Assembly: GCF_009914755.1 (NCBI RefSeq)
Contig: NC_060925.1
Length of the DNA stretch: 64,000 nt
Source: the human T2T-CHM13v2.0 reference genome, Homo sapiens
Direction: 5' to 3' (one strand)
Positions 17,231 through 32,145 of this stretch are shown one piece after another; the stretch's first letter is position 1; the number at the start of each line of letters is the position of its first letter. A program made the translations under genes and the position numbers. Below the pieces are notes generated by a model that saw nothing but the letters and a program-made list of their open reading frames with translations, made no database searches and had not been told where the DNA came from.

Positions 17231-18827
17231 CAAACCAGTATTCTAACTAATGTATCTCCTCAGCAAAAATAATTAGAGGTAAAAAGGTAAATATCCTGGA
17301 AATAGTAATCGAATTATTTTTTAATCCTAAATTATGCACCTATAATCTTTAACATAAAATACTAGCTGCTCTGAGATAAATTATCAAATAAGTGAGTTGA
17401 TTGAGAGTTGGAAGGAGACTAAGAAGGAACACCAGGTGAAGGGAAGAGATAGAGGGGCCATAGAAAGAGAGAGACTGGCAATGCCCAAAGACAACCTTCT
17501 CCTCAGCTCCAGTCTTGTCTAGGGTCTCCCCTGGTAGACAGAGAAGAGTCAACATTGATTAGATCAGTAGGAAAGGCTTTGTGGAGGGGATGGGATGGCT
17601 GCAAAGAGAGAGAGGCAAGCCTGCTCCAAACTGACATTCTTGGATAATGAAAGCAATAGATGTCACAGTGTAATTTTTAAACTGGAGAGTAAGCCAAAAG
17701 TTTCCTCTCTGCCTCTTTCTTTTTTTCTTTATCTGTATTTGGGTGCCAATTATACACAGAAAAGACAAACTCAGTTTGTTTAATGTCAGACCGTAGATAT
17801 TTGTGATCTGGCAAAGGGCAATCCCTTTGCAATTTTGGAGCCTGTCATCAGGATTAATGGACCTAGAGAAAAATGTCTGGAGCAATGTTTTGCCGTTCAA
17901 AGACCCTCAGGTCCAGAGCCATCGTGGCTGGGCAACCTCCCAGAGCTGCTCAAGCACATCCTATGATTCCCTATCGCTTGGTGGACTGCCAAGCCTGCTG
18001 CTCCCTTTACCCTCCCCAGCTCCACAGAAAAGTTTAGAAAGTGCAGGTTACTCCCACGGGTCACCTGGCAGATGCCCAATCCTTCCATGGAAGAGGCTGA
18101 CCCTGCAACCAGGGAGTGCAGCATTCCCTGAAATGACTTAGAGGCCTTCTCTTTGCAATCTAAGAAGCTGCCAACGGGGTGCTAACCCCTGATGCAGAGA
18201 GGGCTACCTCACCCTCTTTTCTTGGACCACTCATTTTCTGTGTGCCTTGAAACATCCTTGGAGCAGTGGATGTCATGGAGAACAAAATAGTCATCTAGAG
18301 GAAAGGCCCAGGCTCCCTCAGAACATCACACATATCCCTGCGGCTATATGAGTATTTTGTTTATCTCCCTCACTAGGAGGAGAGAAGTTCCAGTTACTCT
18401 TAGCATAATCCTGCTATACCAGCTATCACAATGACTTCAAGTTTCTGACGAGATATGGAGATATGTGTTATTCAGCTTTGCACACATCTCCCCTCTTCAT
18501 CTTAAGAGCTAATCATACTCCTTGGCATTTTAATGCTATTGCAATAATTCTCAACTTTTGGTGCATCTCTGAATTTTTGTGAAGCTTTAAAAAAATATAC
18601 ATGCCCATGCCCCATGAATGGATGCCCATTATGTAGGTGTGAGACAGGTACTGTGCTGTGAATAACTGTTGTTTTTAATCTGCTCAGCGTTTTCTACCAG
18701 TTAAGAAACCACCTCATTTTTCCCTGGGAAACAATACCCCAGCACCACATACTGCTTGGAAGGGATATTAGTGAAGATATCTCCATAGGACCCCAACAAG
18801 CATGGGCATGAGACCGAGCAAGGCCAT

Positions 18828-19129
18828 TGTTTTAGTTCAGGCTGCTATAAAAAAGTCCCACATCCAGGTGGTTTATAAGCAACAGAAATTGATTTTTTGC
18901 AGGTTCTGGAGGCTGGAAGCCTGAGATCAGGATTCCATCATGGTCAGGTTCTGGTGAGGGCCCTCTACCAGGTGGTAGACTGCTAACTTCTCACTGTATA
19001 CTCATATGCAGAAGAGAACAAGCCCCATGACCTAATCACCTCTCGAAGGCCCCAATCCAAATGCCATCACACTGGGGATTCAATTTCAGCATATGAATTT
19101 GAGGGGGACACAAACACTCAGTCCATAAC
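18828..19129 (-). mobile_element. MLT1A-type LTR
   Basis: TAGTTCAGGCTGCTATAA...TTCTGGAGGCTGGAAG...GGGGACACAAACACTCAGTCCATAAC. Confidence 0.8.
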
Positions 19130-21917
19130 CCAGTCTCTCCCAGAATGAGAACTCTGGATGAAGAAAAGCAAGAATGGACATTTATTGGAGTGGATTGCTC
19201 TGGTGAGGCCTCGCGAAGTCCTTTCTGCCCATGGTGATGCCCAGCGCCACCCTGCCTCGTCTGTTCCCAGGCCTGGCTCCTCAGCTTTCCTCCACTTCTG
19301 TGAGCACTCTGTCTTTCCAATAAATTTCTTGCTTGTTTAATGTTAGCCAAAATAAGTTTCATGTTTACAACCAAGTAACCCTGACTGCCACTGAGACACA
19401 GGTGATTTTTAAAAGCTCTGCAGGTGCACTGGCCTGCGGAGTTGAGCTGGGAAGCACTAGCCACCTATGTGTGGGGCTCTGTGCTAAGAGTTCCATGTAC
19501 ACTTTTTTCATTTAACACTCACAAAAATCCAACAAGTCAGGAAACCGAGGCCCACAGTCATCCAGTTAGTAAATGATCATTCTAGGATTTGAAAACATTT
19601 ACTCCCAAAGCCTCTCAACCCCACTGATAAGGGTCTTCCAGTGGCAATGATATCTAATTCTCTTGGTCTCCCATGGTTCTGTGACTCTTCGTAACTTTTC
19701 ATTTGCTACCTTTTATTATACTTATCATGTATATCTACTAATCTGCATTACTGGATTATAAGCTCCTTGAGGACAGTTTTAAAGTAGGGGAGCTCTTAAC
19801 CTTTAATATGGTACCTTTTGTGCTACTACACTACACATAGAGATTCCCCTGTATTTGTTGAATAAGTGAATGAATAAGTGAATGATGGTAACGGGTTACC
19901 ATACAGTGTGAATTAGTGAGTAACCAGCCATTGATGAGTTCATCCTGAAGCAGAGAGAGCAGGAAGTGTTGACATGGGCTGACATAAACATATGGTCACG
20001 AAGGCATTTCTTGGTCTAAAGGATCATCAATTAATGACTTTCTCCAACCCTGGAAATTCTTTTTTCTGCTCCGACTCAACGCCCAACCTGAGCTACCTTT
20101 TCCCAAACATCTTACTTTCCTGCCTGTTCAGGTCTAACAAACAATGGGGGAGAGGCAGATAGGATGACTTGTCCTCCTCAAGCACAGAGAACATCATAAT
20201 TTCTCTAGGTCACCCAAATATAGAATTTCCATGGGCCAGAGCAATAAGCTGGACAGAAAGAAGCTAACACAGAGCCTTAGAATTTCCTGGGTTTTACAAG
20301 CTTCCCCACTTAAGGAAATGCTACTAACTCTTCCGGAATAGTAATTTGTAACATACTGAATAAATATTCTTTGTTTGCCTCCTACCTGTCACTTAAGTGA
20401 ACTGAAAGAGAATCCAGATCATGATGTCTGGCCGCAGGGCTTTGGTTCAGATTTGAAACCCATCTATCTGTCCATCTATCCATTCACAAAGTATTATTGA
20501 GTGCCAGCTTCCTCCCAGGCACTGGGCTCTGCTGTGGTTCCAATTATTAAGGAGCTCATAGCAAGTAGTGGAGACCAACCTGTAAATAGGCTAGGCCATT
20601 TGAACACGGTGTGGCAAGGGCTTAATTGAGATAAGCACAGCTTGGGAGTGGATAGGAAAGACAGGAACCCAGCCTTGTCACATGGAATGGAGCTGCCTGG
20701 AGGATGTTTTTGACAAGATCTTTCCTCATGCAGAGTTTTACTTAAACCAGCCCTCTCTAGACTTTTACCTAAACCAACTCCAGGAGAATCCTTTTGTCTC
20801 AATTATTGCCTACCAAAAACACTGCTTTACCATGATTGGTGCCAGGTTGTAAGTGACCACATGATAGGTAGGCTAGTTAAGATGGGATAAGACTGAGATA
20901 TCAGGAAGTCAGGCTTATCTGAGCCAACATTAACCGAGCACTTACCACATGCCCAACAGTATACTATGAAATTCATCAAAGTATCTCATTAAAGAGTCAC
21001 CATAAACTGATTTCATAGTATAGGTATTCTGACTACTATTTTCTAGATGAGTACGCTGAGCCTCACATAGGTTCAGGAACTTGCCTAATATCTCACTGGA
21101 GTGAAGCCAGACTTCAAAGACCTCTGGCTCTATAGCATACAGAGTCACTATTACATCTGCTTCCCAAGGGCAGGCCTGTGTCATATACTTTTTTGATAAA
21201 GATTTCACCCTAAAAAGGACTTTTCAAATTCATTATGAAAACAAATGCAATTTTGAGTTTTGTCGTAAAATAAATATCTACCTGCCCCAACTGAATTCTT
21301 AAAGTTGCACAAACATGTTCGATATTTTATAAGTTCAATGGAGATTCTCATAATTATTATTGACAGTAAGTTAAGGGCAATTTCCAGCGTGCAAGGTGAA
21401 GCCGCTGGGCCTGAACAGTTCCATGGCCCCCTCCTTCTAGAAGACTTCCCAGATCCCCTCCATAAAGGTAATTCTCTCCCACTCACTTGGCCTGACTTGT
21501 GCCTCTCTCTCTGAGAATCTGAAGCTGTAGAGACCAAGCCAAGTTTTTATTATTGTCTTTTGTATCTCCCTTGCAGCCAGGTCAGTGCTAAACACATAGT
21601 AAGTCCCCGAGAAATGTTCCTTAAGAGTAATTTGTATTGACAATTTTGGAAACAATGGCTCACTCTCAACATAAGCAATTACATTCCTTGCTACTCTGTC
21701 CTTTAAATGGTTTCCTAAATATGAACTGAAAGAGCCCACCACCCAGGACTCTCTGTGTTTCTCATAACACACTTTGCAACATGCTTCTATATACATTTTT
21801 CTGAGAATAAATGAGTGGCACTCAAAAAGGCTTTTAGCTATGATTTGAGACATACATTATGATCAGGCACAAACTTTGTTATTCTGTTATTTTGAAATTA
21901 GAAAATTAAGTTGCAGA

Positions 21918-21951
21918 CACACACACACACACACATACACACACACACACA
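21918..21951. repeat. (CA)n microsatellite
   Basis: Direct reading. Confidence 0.9.
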
Positions 21952-22884
21952 TTGATTTCAAAGGCCTTGTTTATTTCCTGAGTCTCACAAAGTAAAATAA
22001 CCTGAAAAATCACCTATGGCAAATTCTTGCCAGACTTGGATCTCAGAAGTGCTGCCTTCCTCAAAAGTCCGTTAGAAAGTCTGTGGTGTGTAATTAAATC
22101 AAAGCCATTTGTTATTACTCTCTTCAAAGCTTTGAGCCTGGGTGTATCAGCCTCTACAGCCAAACCATTTCACCAGCCACTCGGCACTTGTTTACTCCAG
22201 CTGCCTCCAGGAGTTCCCTCTGGGCGGCCTCCCAAGCTGCTGCCAGGACTCTTCCCTCACCTCCATTCATCTAAACGTGTCCAGATGGCTCCGGCTTGGT
22301 CTGGGTTGCAGAGGCTCATAGAGAAAGCCTAGGACATTTCGGGGTACAGTTGTGAATTGCTCACTACGAAACCCAATTTGGGATCTTTAGAACTTGGCTG
22401 TATCTTTTTATTGACAGCCACAGGCAGTTAGTTGAAACACGTCCTGGGAGAGAAATGTTAAGCCGCTCTGGAAATGCTCAGTGTTTCAGCTGAGAGACTA
22501 ACACTCGGCCACACAGGACTGTGAGCTCCACAGGGCTAAGAGCAACATCTGTCTTGTCACTGTTGTATCCCCAGCGTCTAGACATGGTGCCGAGACATAA
22601 CAGGTACCCCACAAATGTTTGTAAAATGACTGAATAGTTGAAAAGGAAATTATATAAGAAGCTAGCAATGTCATCACTGCTACAGACGATGTTTACTAAC
22701 CAGTTTAATTTCTTTTCCTCCACCAAACTGACTAACCAGATGGACTGGCTGTCTAGGTATTTGACACACAAACCTTGAGCTTTGTCGTTTGGGGCTGACA
22801 TTTGTCCCATCTCTTCAGCACACACAGGAGAACCAATGTCAAATTCCTGAGTCACACTTTTAAGAATAGAATTTATTTTCTCTT

Positions 22885-22985
22885 GAGCACTATTCAGTAG
22901 AACTTTCTGTGATGACGACAATGTTCTATTTAAATAGCCTCATGTAAACTAGTGGCTGCCATGTTAGACAGCACAGATCTAGATA
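22885..22985. mobile_element. MER3/MER33-type fragment
   Basis: AGTAGAACTTTCTGTGATGA...TAGTGGCTGCCATGTTAGACAGCACAG. Confidence 0.6.
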
Positions 22986-24894
22986 TTCTAGATTAACTTG
23001 TCAAATTTCCCAAGAAGGAGGCTGGGAATAACTGATCTGTACCTTGCTAATCACAAACTTTCAGATCATCAGGCTGATTGAGAGGACTTCAGTTTCTCAC
23101 TGTGCCAAGACCAGTGGGCTAAGGCAACAGTCCCAGAGTCACGTCCTGAGCACTTGTGACCGTGATATACATTTCCTTTGAGTTTTACTCATGCAGTTTG
23201 GGGAGGACGTGATGACAATGAGTCCTGCTCTGTACAGCCAATGGCATTTCTCAGGTCCACAGCCCCAGTATGTCACTTAGTCCCTGGCCAAGCAGGGATG
23301 AGGCTGGGAATAGGTGTAAGCCTGTGGCAGAGGGTCTCAACACCTAGAATCTACTTTTCTAACAAGCACTCCAGAGGATTCTGGTATAATCAGGCCCCAG
23401 ACCATGCTGAGCAGCAGTGCCAGTGGATGGGTCACTACCGGGCGTCTCTGGCTGAACAGTAGTCCTCAGTAGGTCACCATTTCCTGGAAAACTGCTTATA
23501 CCTCGCCAATCTCGACATGCACCTTCCCTACAGGGTCCTCCTTTCCTGCTCCTCTGGGCAGAATCCACAACAACCTTCAGAATGCTGCCCTATGCCACCT
23601 CCTCAGGGAAGCCTCTCCACCCACATCAGCATTTGTCACTCGGTCACAGCGTGTGAGTTGGCCATGGACACACGCAGGGCAGGGGGTGGACTAACTCATC
23701 TCGGCATACCCAGTGCCAAGCCCCAATGCTTGGCCCAGCACAGGCATTTATTACCCCATACCTCTTGTTCGAATTTCTCCAAGTTCCATTTTTAAAGAGG
23801 AGTGAGTCCCTGTGACGACTCATCCCTCAGACATTAGTGCCATACCAGGCACACAAAGCAAACGTGAGGATCAGATGGGAGAAATGCGAGCGGCTTAGAC
23901 ATGGGTGAAAGGCTTTAGGCTGCTCATGCTAGGGGTTTGTTCCAGTTGAAATCCAACTGCAGATCATAATCAAAAGCCCAGGGCAGGACAAGGGGGTGGG
24001 AAGGGCCACTGAGCGGACTGTCATTAACTCTGGACTGTGCCTACATGCCTCTTTCCCACAGTGAGCCAGGACACTGAGGAGCAGGGCTCAGAGCCAACCC
24101 TCCCGCCCCTCAACACACACACATTCAAACCAGGCCTCATTTCACTCATCTCTTGCCACGACTGGCTGGGGTTATTGTCTACTTAGAGCTACTTGCCCTG
24201 TTTTACTGTGGAAATTATAAATAACTTATTGAGTCTTGCATGGAATGTATCTTCCAAATTAGCCTTGTTAACCCTAAGAAGGAAGGGAGGAAATTCCACC
24301 AAGAGAGGGGAAGGGGAGGTGATGTAGGTAACCTAGATCGTTTATGTTCTTCACTGACTCTCCATATAGCTTAAGAGGGGGTTCACAGCCATTGTTATCA
24401 GAGAATGGATTTGGATTACAGGTGGGTGAAGGCACATTGGACTTAGCTCCGCTTTCTGGATTTCTGTTACAACAAGCTATTATTCATTTGCTTTTATATA
24501 TTTAACAAGCATTTTCTGAGGCCCTGCCATATGCAAGACACTGTTTCAAGCACTCTGAGACACAGAGATGAGTGAACATGGCCTCCACCTTCCCTGAGGA
24601 ACTCACCGTCAGTGGGGAGCGTAATTCATAGGCTCAAGAGAGGAGCTGGGCAGTGAGCCAAGAAGGGGGGAGAGCTGGGCAACTAGCAAATTCTTTAGTG
24701 TTTGTTATTTCTAAGTGATACCCTGTTTGTTCTCTAAAAGAAAGCAATTTAATATAAAATGTATTTAAGATAACACTGGTAAACATTATAACTCAAAGCC
24801 ATGTTGAAGGAGGGGCTAACAACCTAAGCTAAAATGGTCCTGCTGGCTAAACAGCACTCAGCCTTGAGCATCATAGATGTCAAGGAACAAGAAG

Positions 24895-25203
24895 GGCCTG
24901 GTGCAATGGCTTACATTTGTAATTCCAGCACTTCGGGAGGCTGAGGCAGAATTGCTTGAGCCCAGAAGTTCAAGACCAGCCTGGCAGCATAGCAAGGCCC
25001 TGAGACCCCCTCTCTACAAAAAATTTAAAAATTAGCCAGGCGTGGTTACACATGCCTGTAGTCCCAGTTACACAGAAGGCTGAGGCAGGAGGATCACTTG
25101 AACCCAAGAGGTCCAGGCTGGCAGTGAGCCATGGTTACACCACTGTACTGCAGCCTGGGCAACAGAGAAAGACCCTGTGTCAGAAAAAAAAAAAAAAAAA
25201 AAG
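24895..25203 (+). mobile_element. AluJ
   Basis: Diverged dimeric Alu with AluJ-type GGATCACTTGAACCCAAGAGG and an A tail. Confidence 0.88.
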
Positions 25204-28200
25204 ATTGGGGGAGGGGTGTGAACAAAAAGAAACAGAAGAGAAGCGCAGGATGGGCTTATGAATAGGTGTTCCAAAGTCACCTTTCTCAGCCCCCTGAGCT
25301 CATTGGTGCCTACCCTAGCTGCATCCCTTCCTTGCTCTCTGTCCCAGGCCAGAGATTGGACTCCTGGTCCTCCTGGTCCCTTATGAACAGAACCCTCCAT
25401 CTGGGCAGAGGAAGTCCCCCTGTCCTGGCTGCTGGAAGTGCCAGGATGAGCAGCTATTGGGAGGTAAGGGATGGGTACACAGTGAGCCCCTCCTCCAGCC
25501 CCCTGAAGCCCAGGGCACGTCCAGGACTACTGAACAATATAAAGGACCAGGTTTTGCCTCCAATCCGTTCCTAATCAATAAAAATACAATAAAAATGAAT
25601 CACTAGAAAACTAAAATTTTATAAATATAACTAAGGGTATGGCCATATTGGTTGATGCTTGGATGTTTCAGCAATGTCAAATCTCTAAAACATTTTCTGG
25701 ACTTCCTTTTAATTCCTGTATTTATCTCATGGCTGTCCAGAAACAAACATTTTATAGTGAGGCATGGCCACAGCCCATACTTTAAGTAGCACTGATCTGG
25801 ACCAAAGGTGGGCAAACCAGTTAAACACCTCTTTTCCCAGGAAACTTACCAGCCAGCTGGACTGATCACTCTGGAAGATGAGGCCAACCACCCCCAGAAG
25901 CTATCCTGTCCAGAAAGGCTTAAATATCATCCTCCCTCACGGTCAGATCTCTGCTGGGGTAGTAAGGCACTAAAGCCCCACCCCACGTGCAAGATAATCA
26001 ACAGTGGACTCAGCCATCCACCCTCCTGCTCCAATACTTTTCATATGTCACTTCACTTTATCCGCATAACAGCCCAGGGAGTTGGGCATGTGTTTCCCCC
26101 TCTAGACAGGTGGTAACCTGAGCTTCAGAAAGATAATAACTCAAGGCACACAGCCAGCGAGTGGCAAGCCTAATACTGGCCCCCAGGGCTCCTGAAACCA
26201 GGGCTTGTCTCCCGTGTTGCACGGTGATGCCTCTATGAGATGGCAGGGTTTCCATGGGAGTCAGCCCTGGTGGAGATCAAGCGGACCTTTGTGGCCCAGG
26301 GAATGCTAATTATACACTCCTAGGAGCCCCAATAGCTGGAGAGTTGGAATTGCTGCAGGAAGGAGTAGAACTTGGCAGTAAGGAAACCCCAGGAAATCCA
26401 CCCTCCCCCAACACACACACAAAAAAACACAGCCCTACTTGAGAGCTGCAGACTACCCCTATCCTGCTTGGTCTAGGATGGAAATGTTCTTTTCCACAGG
26501 GACTGTGGGGCCCACCACCATGTTGTGAAGCCCCGTGGCGTTGCGCCCATGATAGAAACCAGGATTCCATGGGATGGAGGCAGAGCTGTGCTGCTTTGGC
26601 AAGAGACAGGCCACCATGGAAATGTGACAACCTGCTTAACCCTGTCTCTACCTGTGAACATCCCTCCAGGACCTCTCCACTTATCCATACCATGGTGAGC
26701 TCATGTGACAGCACAGGATGACAGAGGTGACACTGTTGATATTTAGAGAGAGCATTTCATCTCCAAGCAGCTGGGTGTGCCTCTCTGCACCTCTGAGTGA
26801 GGAATTACAAACTCAACCTTTATTCTATAAAGACAGCCATTCTCCTAGCCCCTGGAACATGCCTTTCTCTGACGATGGCTGTGGGTAGGAAGAGGCTGAT
26901 GGTTCTGGGCCTGTCTGTGCATGAGCAGGTTTATGGGGATAAGGATAAAAGTGTGAGAATCCACATATGTGTTCATGGTCATGTGCCCCTGTGACCTTGC
27001 ATGTGTTGTGGGCCCCTGTAACCACATTTCAGGCCTTGTCATCTTCCACTGCAACCCAGGGGCCCCAAGATCTAGCACTGCAGAGGCCCCACTGTGGAAG
27101 ACAGTCAGGATGGAGCAGGACCGCCTGTCCCATGCTTCTTGCCCCAAGACTACTGCCTGGGAGACTCTGGGCTTTGCAGTTCTGGCCACATGCCTTGAGA
27201 AGGGACAGGAGTCTCTGCAGGGCAAAAGACGTTTTTCTGCCTCATGCCCCAGCCTGACTGTGAAGTAAGTAGGGGGAAGGCATGGAGCAAATTGGAGACT
27301 CTGATGGGGAATAGATATTACTTGCTTCAGGGACTCTCATCTCCCTTTCTGGGTGGGCTCAGAAAGCTGGGCACCTAGGGGCAGTCAAACCCACTTCCTT
27401 CTGGCATCTCTGAAAAGTACCCAAGATGTGAGAAACTAGGAGGGCCTGAGCATCTTCTGATGGGAGAAGGGGAAGGGGAGGGTCATTTCACAGGTCGCAC
27501 CCCTTTTGGTGTGTCCATGACAACGGTAGAGGGATGCCTTCTATGACTATGGAAAGGAGCAGGAGCAAGGGTGGGGGATGAGGGAGATTCTGGGGAATCT
27601 GGACTAGAGTCAGTCTGGATATTTTAACAGGTGACTTTCAAGTGTCTACAGTATGTCAAGTGCAGAGTTGCCTCATTTCACCCTCACAGCAACTGTATGA
27701 GGCGAACACATTATCCCCATTGTACAGAAGAGAAACCTAGGCTCAGAGAGTTAAGCAGTGTGTCCAAGGCCACAGAGCTGAAGAGTTTGAGCCAAGAGTT
27801 GAACTCCCACATTCCAACTCTAAATGCTATCATTTTCCAACACACCACAGTCTCTTCTTCTTCGCCAGCCCCACCCTTTTAAGCACCTCTGGTGGCAGAG
27901 CCAACCCTTTCCCTGAGCGATTTGTTTTGGGAAGCAGGCGTGGCAGCCAGCATAACTCTCCCTAGCTCCTCTCCAGACTCCTTCCATGACAGCAGAGGTG
28001 GATCCCCTGTCGCCAGAGCAGGCCTTCCTGCCTCAAGCCTCATGTGGCAGTCAGGCACCTAGCTCCTGCCCCCCTACCTAGTTACACCCCTGCATTCTTC
28101 TCCCTCTGTCAGCAGCTTCCTGGGGGCAAGGCTTGGTCGCAGGGGGTGAGGGACATTGAGTCGGAGGAGAGCTAGTGTGCCCTTCCTCACCTTTAGTGCC

Positions 28201-29399
28201 TCCTTCCATTTTAAAAGACATCAGAGTCCAACATGGCCCCATCCTTGGCTCAGAGAGGGGATCCTGTGGCAGAGGTTGCTTTTGGTTGTTGACAGAGCCA
28301 GGACATAATGAATAGCCCCGACTTTTGCCACGCTTTAAGGTTTTGTTTTTCTATGGTTTCTCTAATGTCAATCCAATATGGTCTTAACAACTGTCCCTTC
28401 AACACATTATCTTCATAAAATGTTTAAAAAAGTCACTTTGACACATTTGTGCCTGTCTTCTCTCTAAGTCCCTTAAAAGAATTAGGGAATAAAGGAATAA
28501 CAAATATATTTCTTAAATAGCAAAGGAATAATAAAAATATAAACTCTCATGGACAAAGAGAAGGAAAAGAAAACCATTGCTCAGTAGAGCTGACAAAGGG
28601 TTCTACGAAGGGGACATGATGATCTCACCCCTAGGACCAAGTCTTGGGACTTGCATGTGTCTGGTAGAACTGAAGCCTGCATGAAAACAGGAGACTGGCT
28701 GGAAATGTGTACATAGAGGAGTTAGACCTCCTGGGTCCCCTCTCAGTCAGCACAGCCAGGCTGTCATGCCACCCCGCAAAGAAGAGGCTGGAGGCTTCCT
28801 CTCTTGAGGATCGCAGTAGACATTCCAATCGTGGGGATGCCAAATACAGTCACCCAACTGGCCGTGGCAAGTCACAGTCTTGTCAAGGCCTGCTGGTGGA
28901 AAGGAGACATGTCACCCTCCCTGGATTCATAACTGACTGTCCACCAGCAGAGGGGTGAGGTGAGCCAAGATGAGATTCTGGGCTGGACACTGACTACCCG
29001 GGCAGCTATACCCACATGTGACACAGGTTGTGAAGCAGGGAGATTCATGTGCTGCCTCTGCCACTTACCTGTTAGGAGTTAGAACACAAGATTTACCCTC
29101 TAAGGTCTTGGTTTCCCTGTGTTGTGGAGATTCACGTCTTCCAGGGCTGACGTGGACAATGGGAGAAGATGCTCCTCCTGCAGGCGTGTGCTTCTTTGCC
29201 TTGGGCCCTGTCTCCTGACTGACTGCTGTCATCATTGGACCTCCGGTTCCTACCATGTCATTGATAAAAGACGTTCTCTCTGGACTCACATATTTCCTCT
29301 ACCCTCACCTCCCTACAATTCTGCTGGATGACAGCATGTGGACGTTGACCTGCCAGCACGCTAGCCCCGAAGTTTCTTGAGCGCGTTCCTTCCAGTGGC

Positions 29400-31410
29400 C
29401 TTCACCCCCACTCCACTTCCACCATTCACTCCCTTGTCCTTCTCTGGAAGGTCATCACTCATAACTGTTCCACTTCCAAAAAGACTATCTCAATATCCCA
29501 CTCTTGCTCCACCAGCTCCTTGCTTTCCTGCAAGATGGTTCAGCTTTTCTCACCACCATTATTCTTTCTTCTCTCCCCTCTGTAGTCCTCCCTGCTTGCT
29601 CTGAGCGCATCCATCCTGTCCTATCTTGACTTCTCTCCTGTATCCAGCTTATATTCCACAGTCCATCATTCAGTAACATTTTTTTTTTTGCCAAGACTAT
29701 AAATTCCTTGGTCCCTCATACTTAATCACCACGTTTGACAAAACCTCAGCCCTGGATGAAGCCAGTCACACTTGTCTCCACATCTGTATCCAAGCAGCTG
29801 AGCACTTAGTGGTAGTAGAGGAAGTCGGAGAACAGGGCAGATTGGCTTCCTCTAAAGTCATGATCTCCAGTCATTATATATGCTCTTAATTCCTCCCAGA
29901 AACCCTCTTGGTTTCCCTTGTCATCTCCTTCCTGCTTTCTGTAATTATTTCAAACCTTCTCCATTTTTCTCATGCCTTCAAACTTCTTCTCATCTGCGGC
30001 TCGCAGCAAAGGTCTTTGTTTCCTGCTTGTCAGAAAATATAAGAGCCACTAGACAGGAAGTCCCTCAGCTTCTAATAGCAAGAACATAAACTACTGACAC
30101 CTGCATACATCCTGACTTCCTCTTCCTGCTCCAGTGGAGGGGCTGCCTGCCCCCCAGCTTGTCCTACTCTTTGCACTCCTACCCTCTCGGGAATCTTACT
30201 GTATTGATTATCCTTTCCTCTTGACTGAGTCTTTTCTAAGCCTTTAAATATATGCAGCACCTCCCATTATTAAAAACGAAGAGAGAAAACAGAAGGAAAA
30301 GATGGAAAGAGGGAAGAGAAGGAAAGAAGGATGAAAGGAAAGAAGGAAGGAAGGAAGGGAGGGAGGGAGAGAGGGAGGGAGGAAGGAAGGAAGGAAGGAA
30401 GGAAGGAAGGAAGGAAGGAAGGAAGGGGGCAAAATAGAAGGAAAGGAGGAAGAGGAAGAAGAGGGAAAGAGAAAACCTCTCACCTGGTCCTCATTTCTCC
30501 CTAGTTATCTCCTTCTTTCCCCTCCTTTACAGCCCCAATTCTCAAAATACTTATCTTCATCTTCTGGCCCCCAGTGGCTCAATCCATCCCTGTCTGGATT
30601 CCCACCCCTCTGCTCCACCAAAATACCCCCTATCAACAGCACCAAGGGCTGCATGTCTATTTTTAGTTCATGTCTTACCTGACCTTGCAGCCACAGCCAC
30701 CATTGCTCCTCACTCTCCTGTGGCTTCAGGGACACCTGCTGGTTTCCTCTGGCCACTCCCTTTTGAGCTCCTCCACAGAATTTTTCTCCACTCATAGCCT
30801 ATTAAAGCTTGGAGTCCTGGACCTTCTTGTTCTATACTTTCTCCCTGGCTAATTTTATTCATACCTACAGTATTAATTATCAATTGCAAATAATGCATAA
30901 ATCTGTCACCCAGATCCATATGTCCACCTACCATTTGACATCATCCCTGGAATATCTTATAAGAACTTTATGTTCCACAGGTTCTCAAACTCATGATCTC
31001 CTCAACCTCTCTTCCTTTTCTGGAACCTGTTTCTCTTCCACTGCACCCTATGCATCACTAGCCATCCAAAAACTTCCCTCTCCTTCACTCCCTATGTCCC
31101 ATTCATCACCAAGTCCTGTGAATTTTATTTCCTATATTTCTCTCAATTCGATCTAATCTCCATCTCTAGCATAACTATTTACCACAGTCCAAGCTTCCAT
31201 TTTAACTTTCAAGTTCAAATGCTGTGGCACCCCAACTAGTTTATGCTAGACTATTCTAGGCCTATTCGGATCCTTTTCTAGTCCATATTGCAGTCAGAGT
31301 TACCTTTGCAAAACACCTCTAATTACATCATCCCCTGTATAACCCATCAATAGCTTCCCACTGATTTTAGAGCAAACATAGAACTATTTAATATGAGGCT
31401 TAAGTGCCTC
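29400..31410 (+). mobile_element. L2 fragments
   Basis: Pyrimidine-rich L2 ORF-like sequence: CTCTGCTCCACCAAAAT...GTCTTACCTGACC...TTCTATACTTTCTCCCTGG. Confidence 0.6.
30290..30475. repeat. (GAAG)n/(GGGA)n purine-rich simple repeat
   Basis: Direct reading. Confidence 0.9.
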
Positions 31411-31601
31411 TATGGTTTAACACTCAAGTCAGCCATGTAGTGAGTTCTGGGTCACATGGCCTAAATTCACAGCCAGGCTCTACCACTATTGCCAGTGTGA
31501 CACTGGTCAACTTATTTTCTGAATCTCCCCATATCTCAGTTTTCTTACCTGTAAAATGATAATATTGGTTGCTAATAATGGTATCTATGTCATAAGGTTG
31601 T

Positions 31602-32145
31602 GGCAATCCCATTACTGGGTATATACCCAAAAGAATATAAATCACTCTATTATAAAGATACATGCACACATATGTTCATTGCAGCACTATTCACAATAGC
31701 AAAGACATGGAATCAATCCAAACACCCATCAATGATAGACTGGTTAAAGAAAATGTGGTACATATATACTATGGAGTACTGAGCAGCCATAAAAAGGAAT
31801 GAGAGCATGTCCTTTGCAGGGACATGGATGGAGCTGGAAGACATTATTCTCAGCAAACTAATGCAGGAACAGAAAACCAAACACGACATGTTGTCAGTTT
31901 TAAGTGGGAGCTGAACGATGAGAACATGTGAACATATGATGGGGAACATCCACACTGGGGCCTGTGAGGGGGTCATGGAGGCAGGGAGAACATCAAGAAG
32001 AATAGCTAATGGATGCTGGGCTTAATACCTAGATGATGGGTTGATCTGTGCAGCAAACCACCATGGCACACATTTACCTACGTAACAGCCCTGCACATCC
32101 TGCGCATGTACCCAGGAACTTAAAGTAAAAATTGATGAAAAAAAT
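31602..32145 (+). mobile_element. Older L1PA 3' end inserted in a MIR
   Basis: AIPLLGIYPKEYKSLYYKDTCTHMFIAALFTIAKTWNQ in the ORF track, L1 3'UTR and A tail; MIR halves on both sides. Confidence 0.88.

Noticed and set aside
28707-28958. ORF with LDLLGP..STARLS, faintly like KISS1 (expected upstream of REN)
   Set aside because: No YNWNSFGLRF-like kisspeptin motif and no convincing nucleotide similarity.
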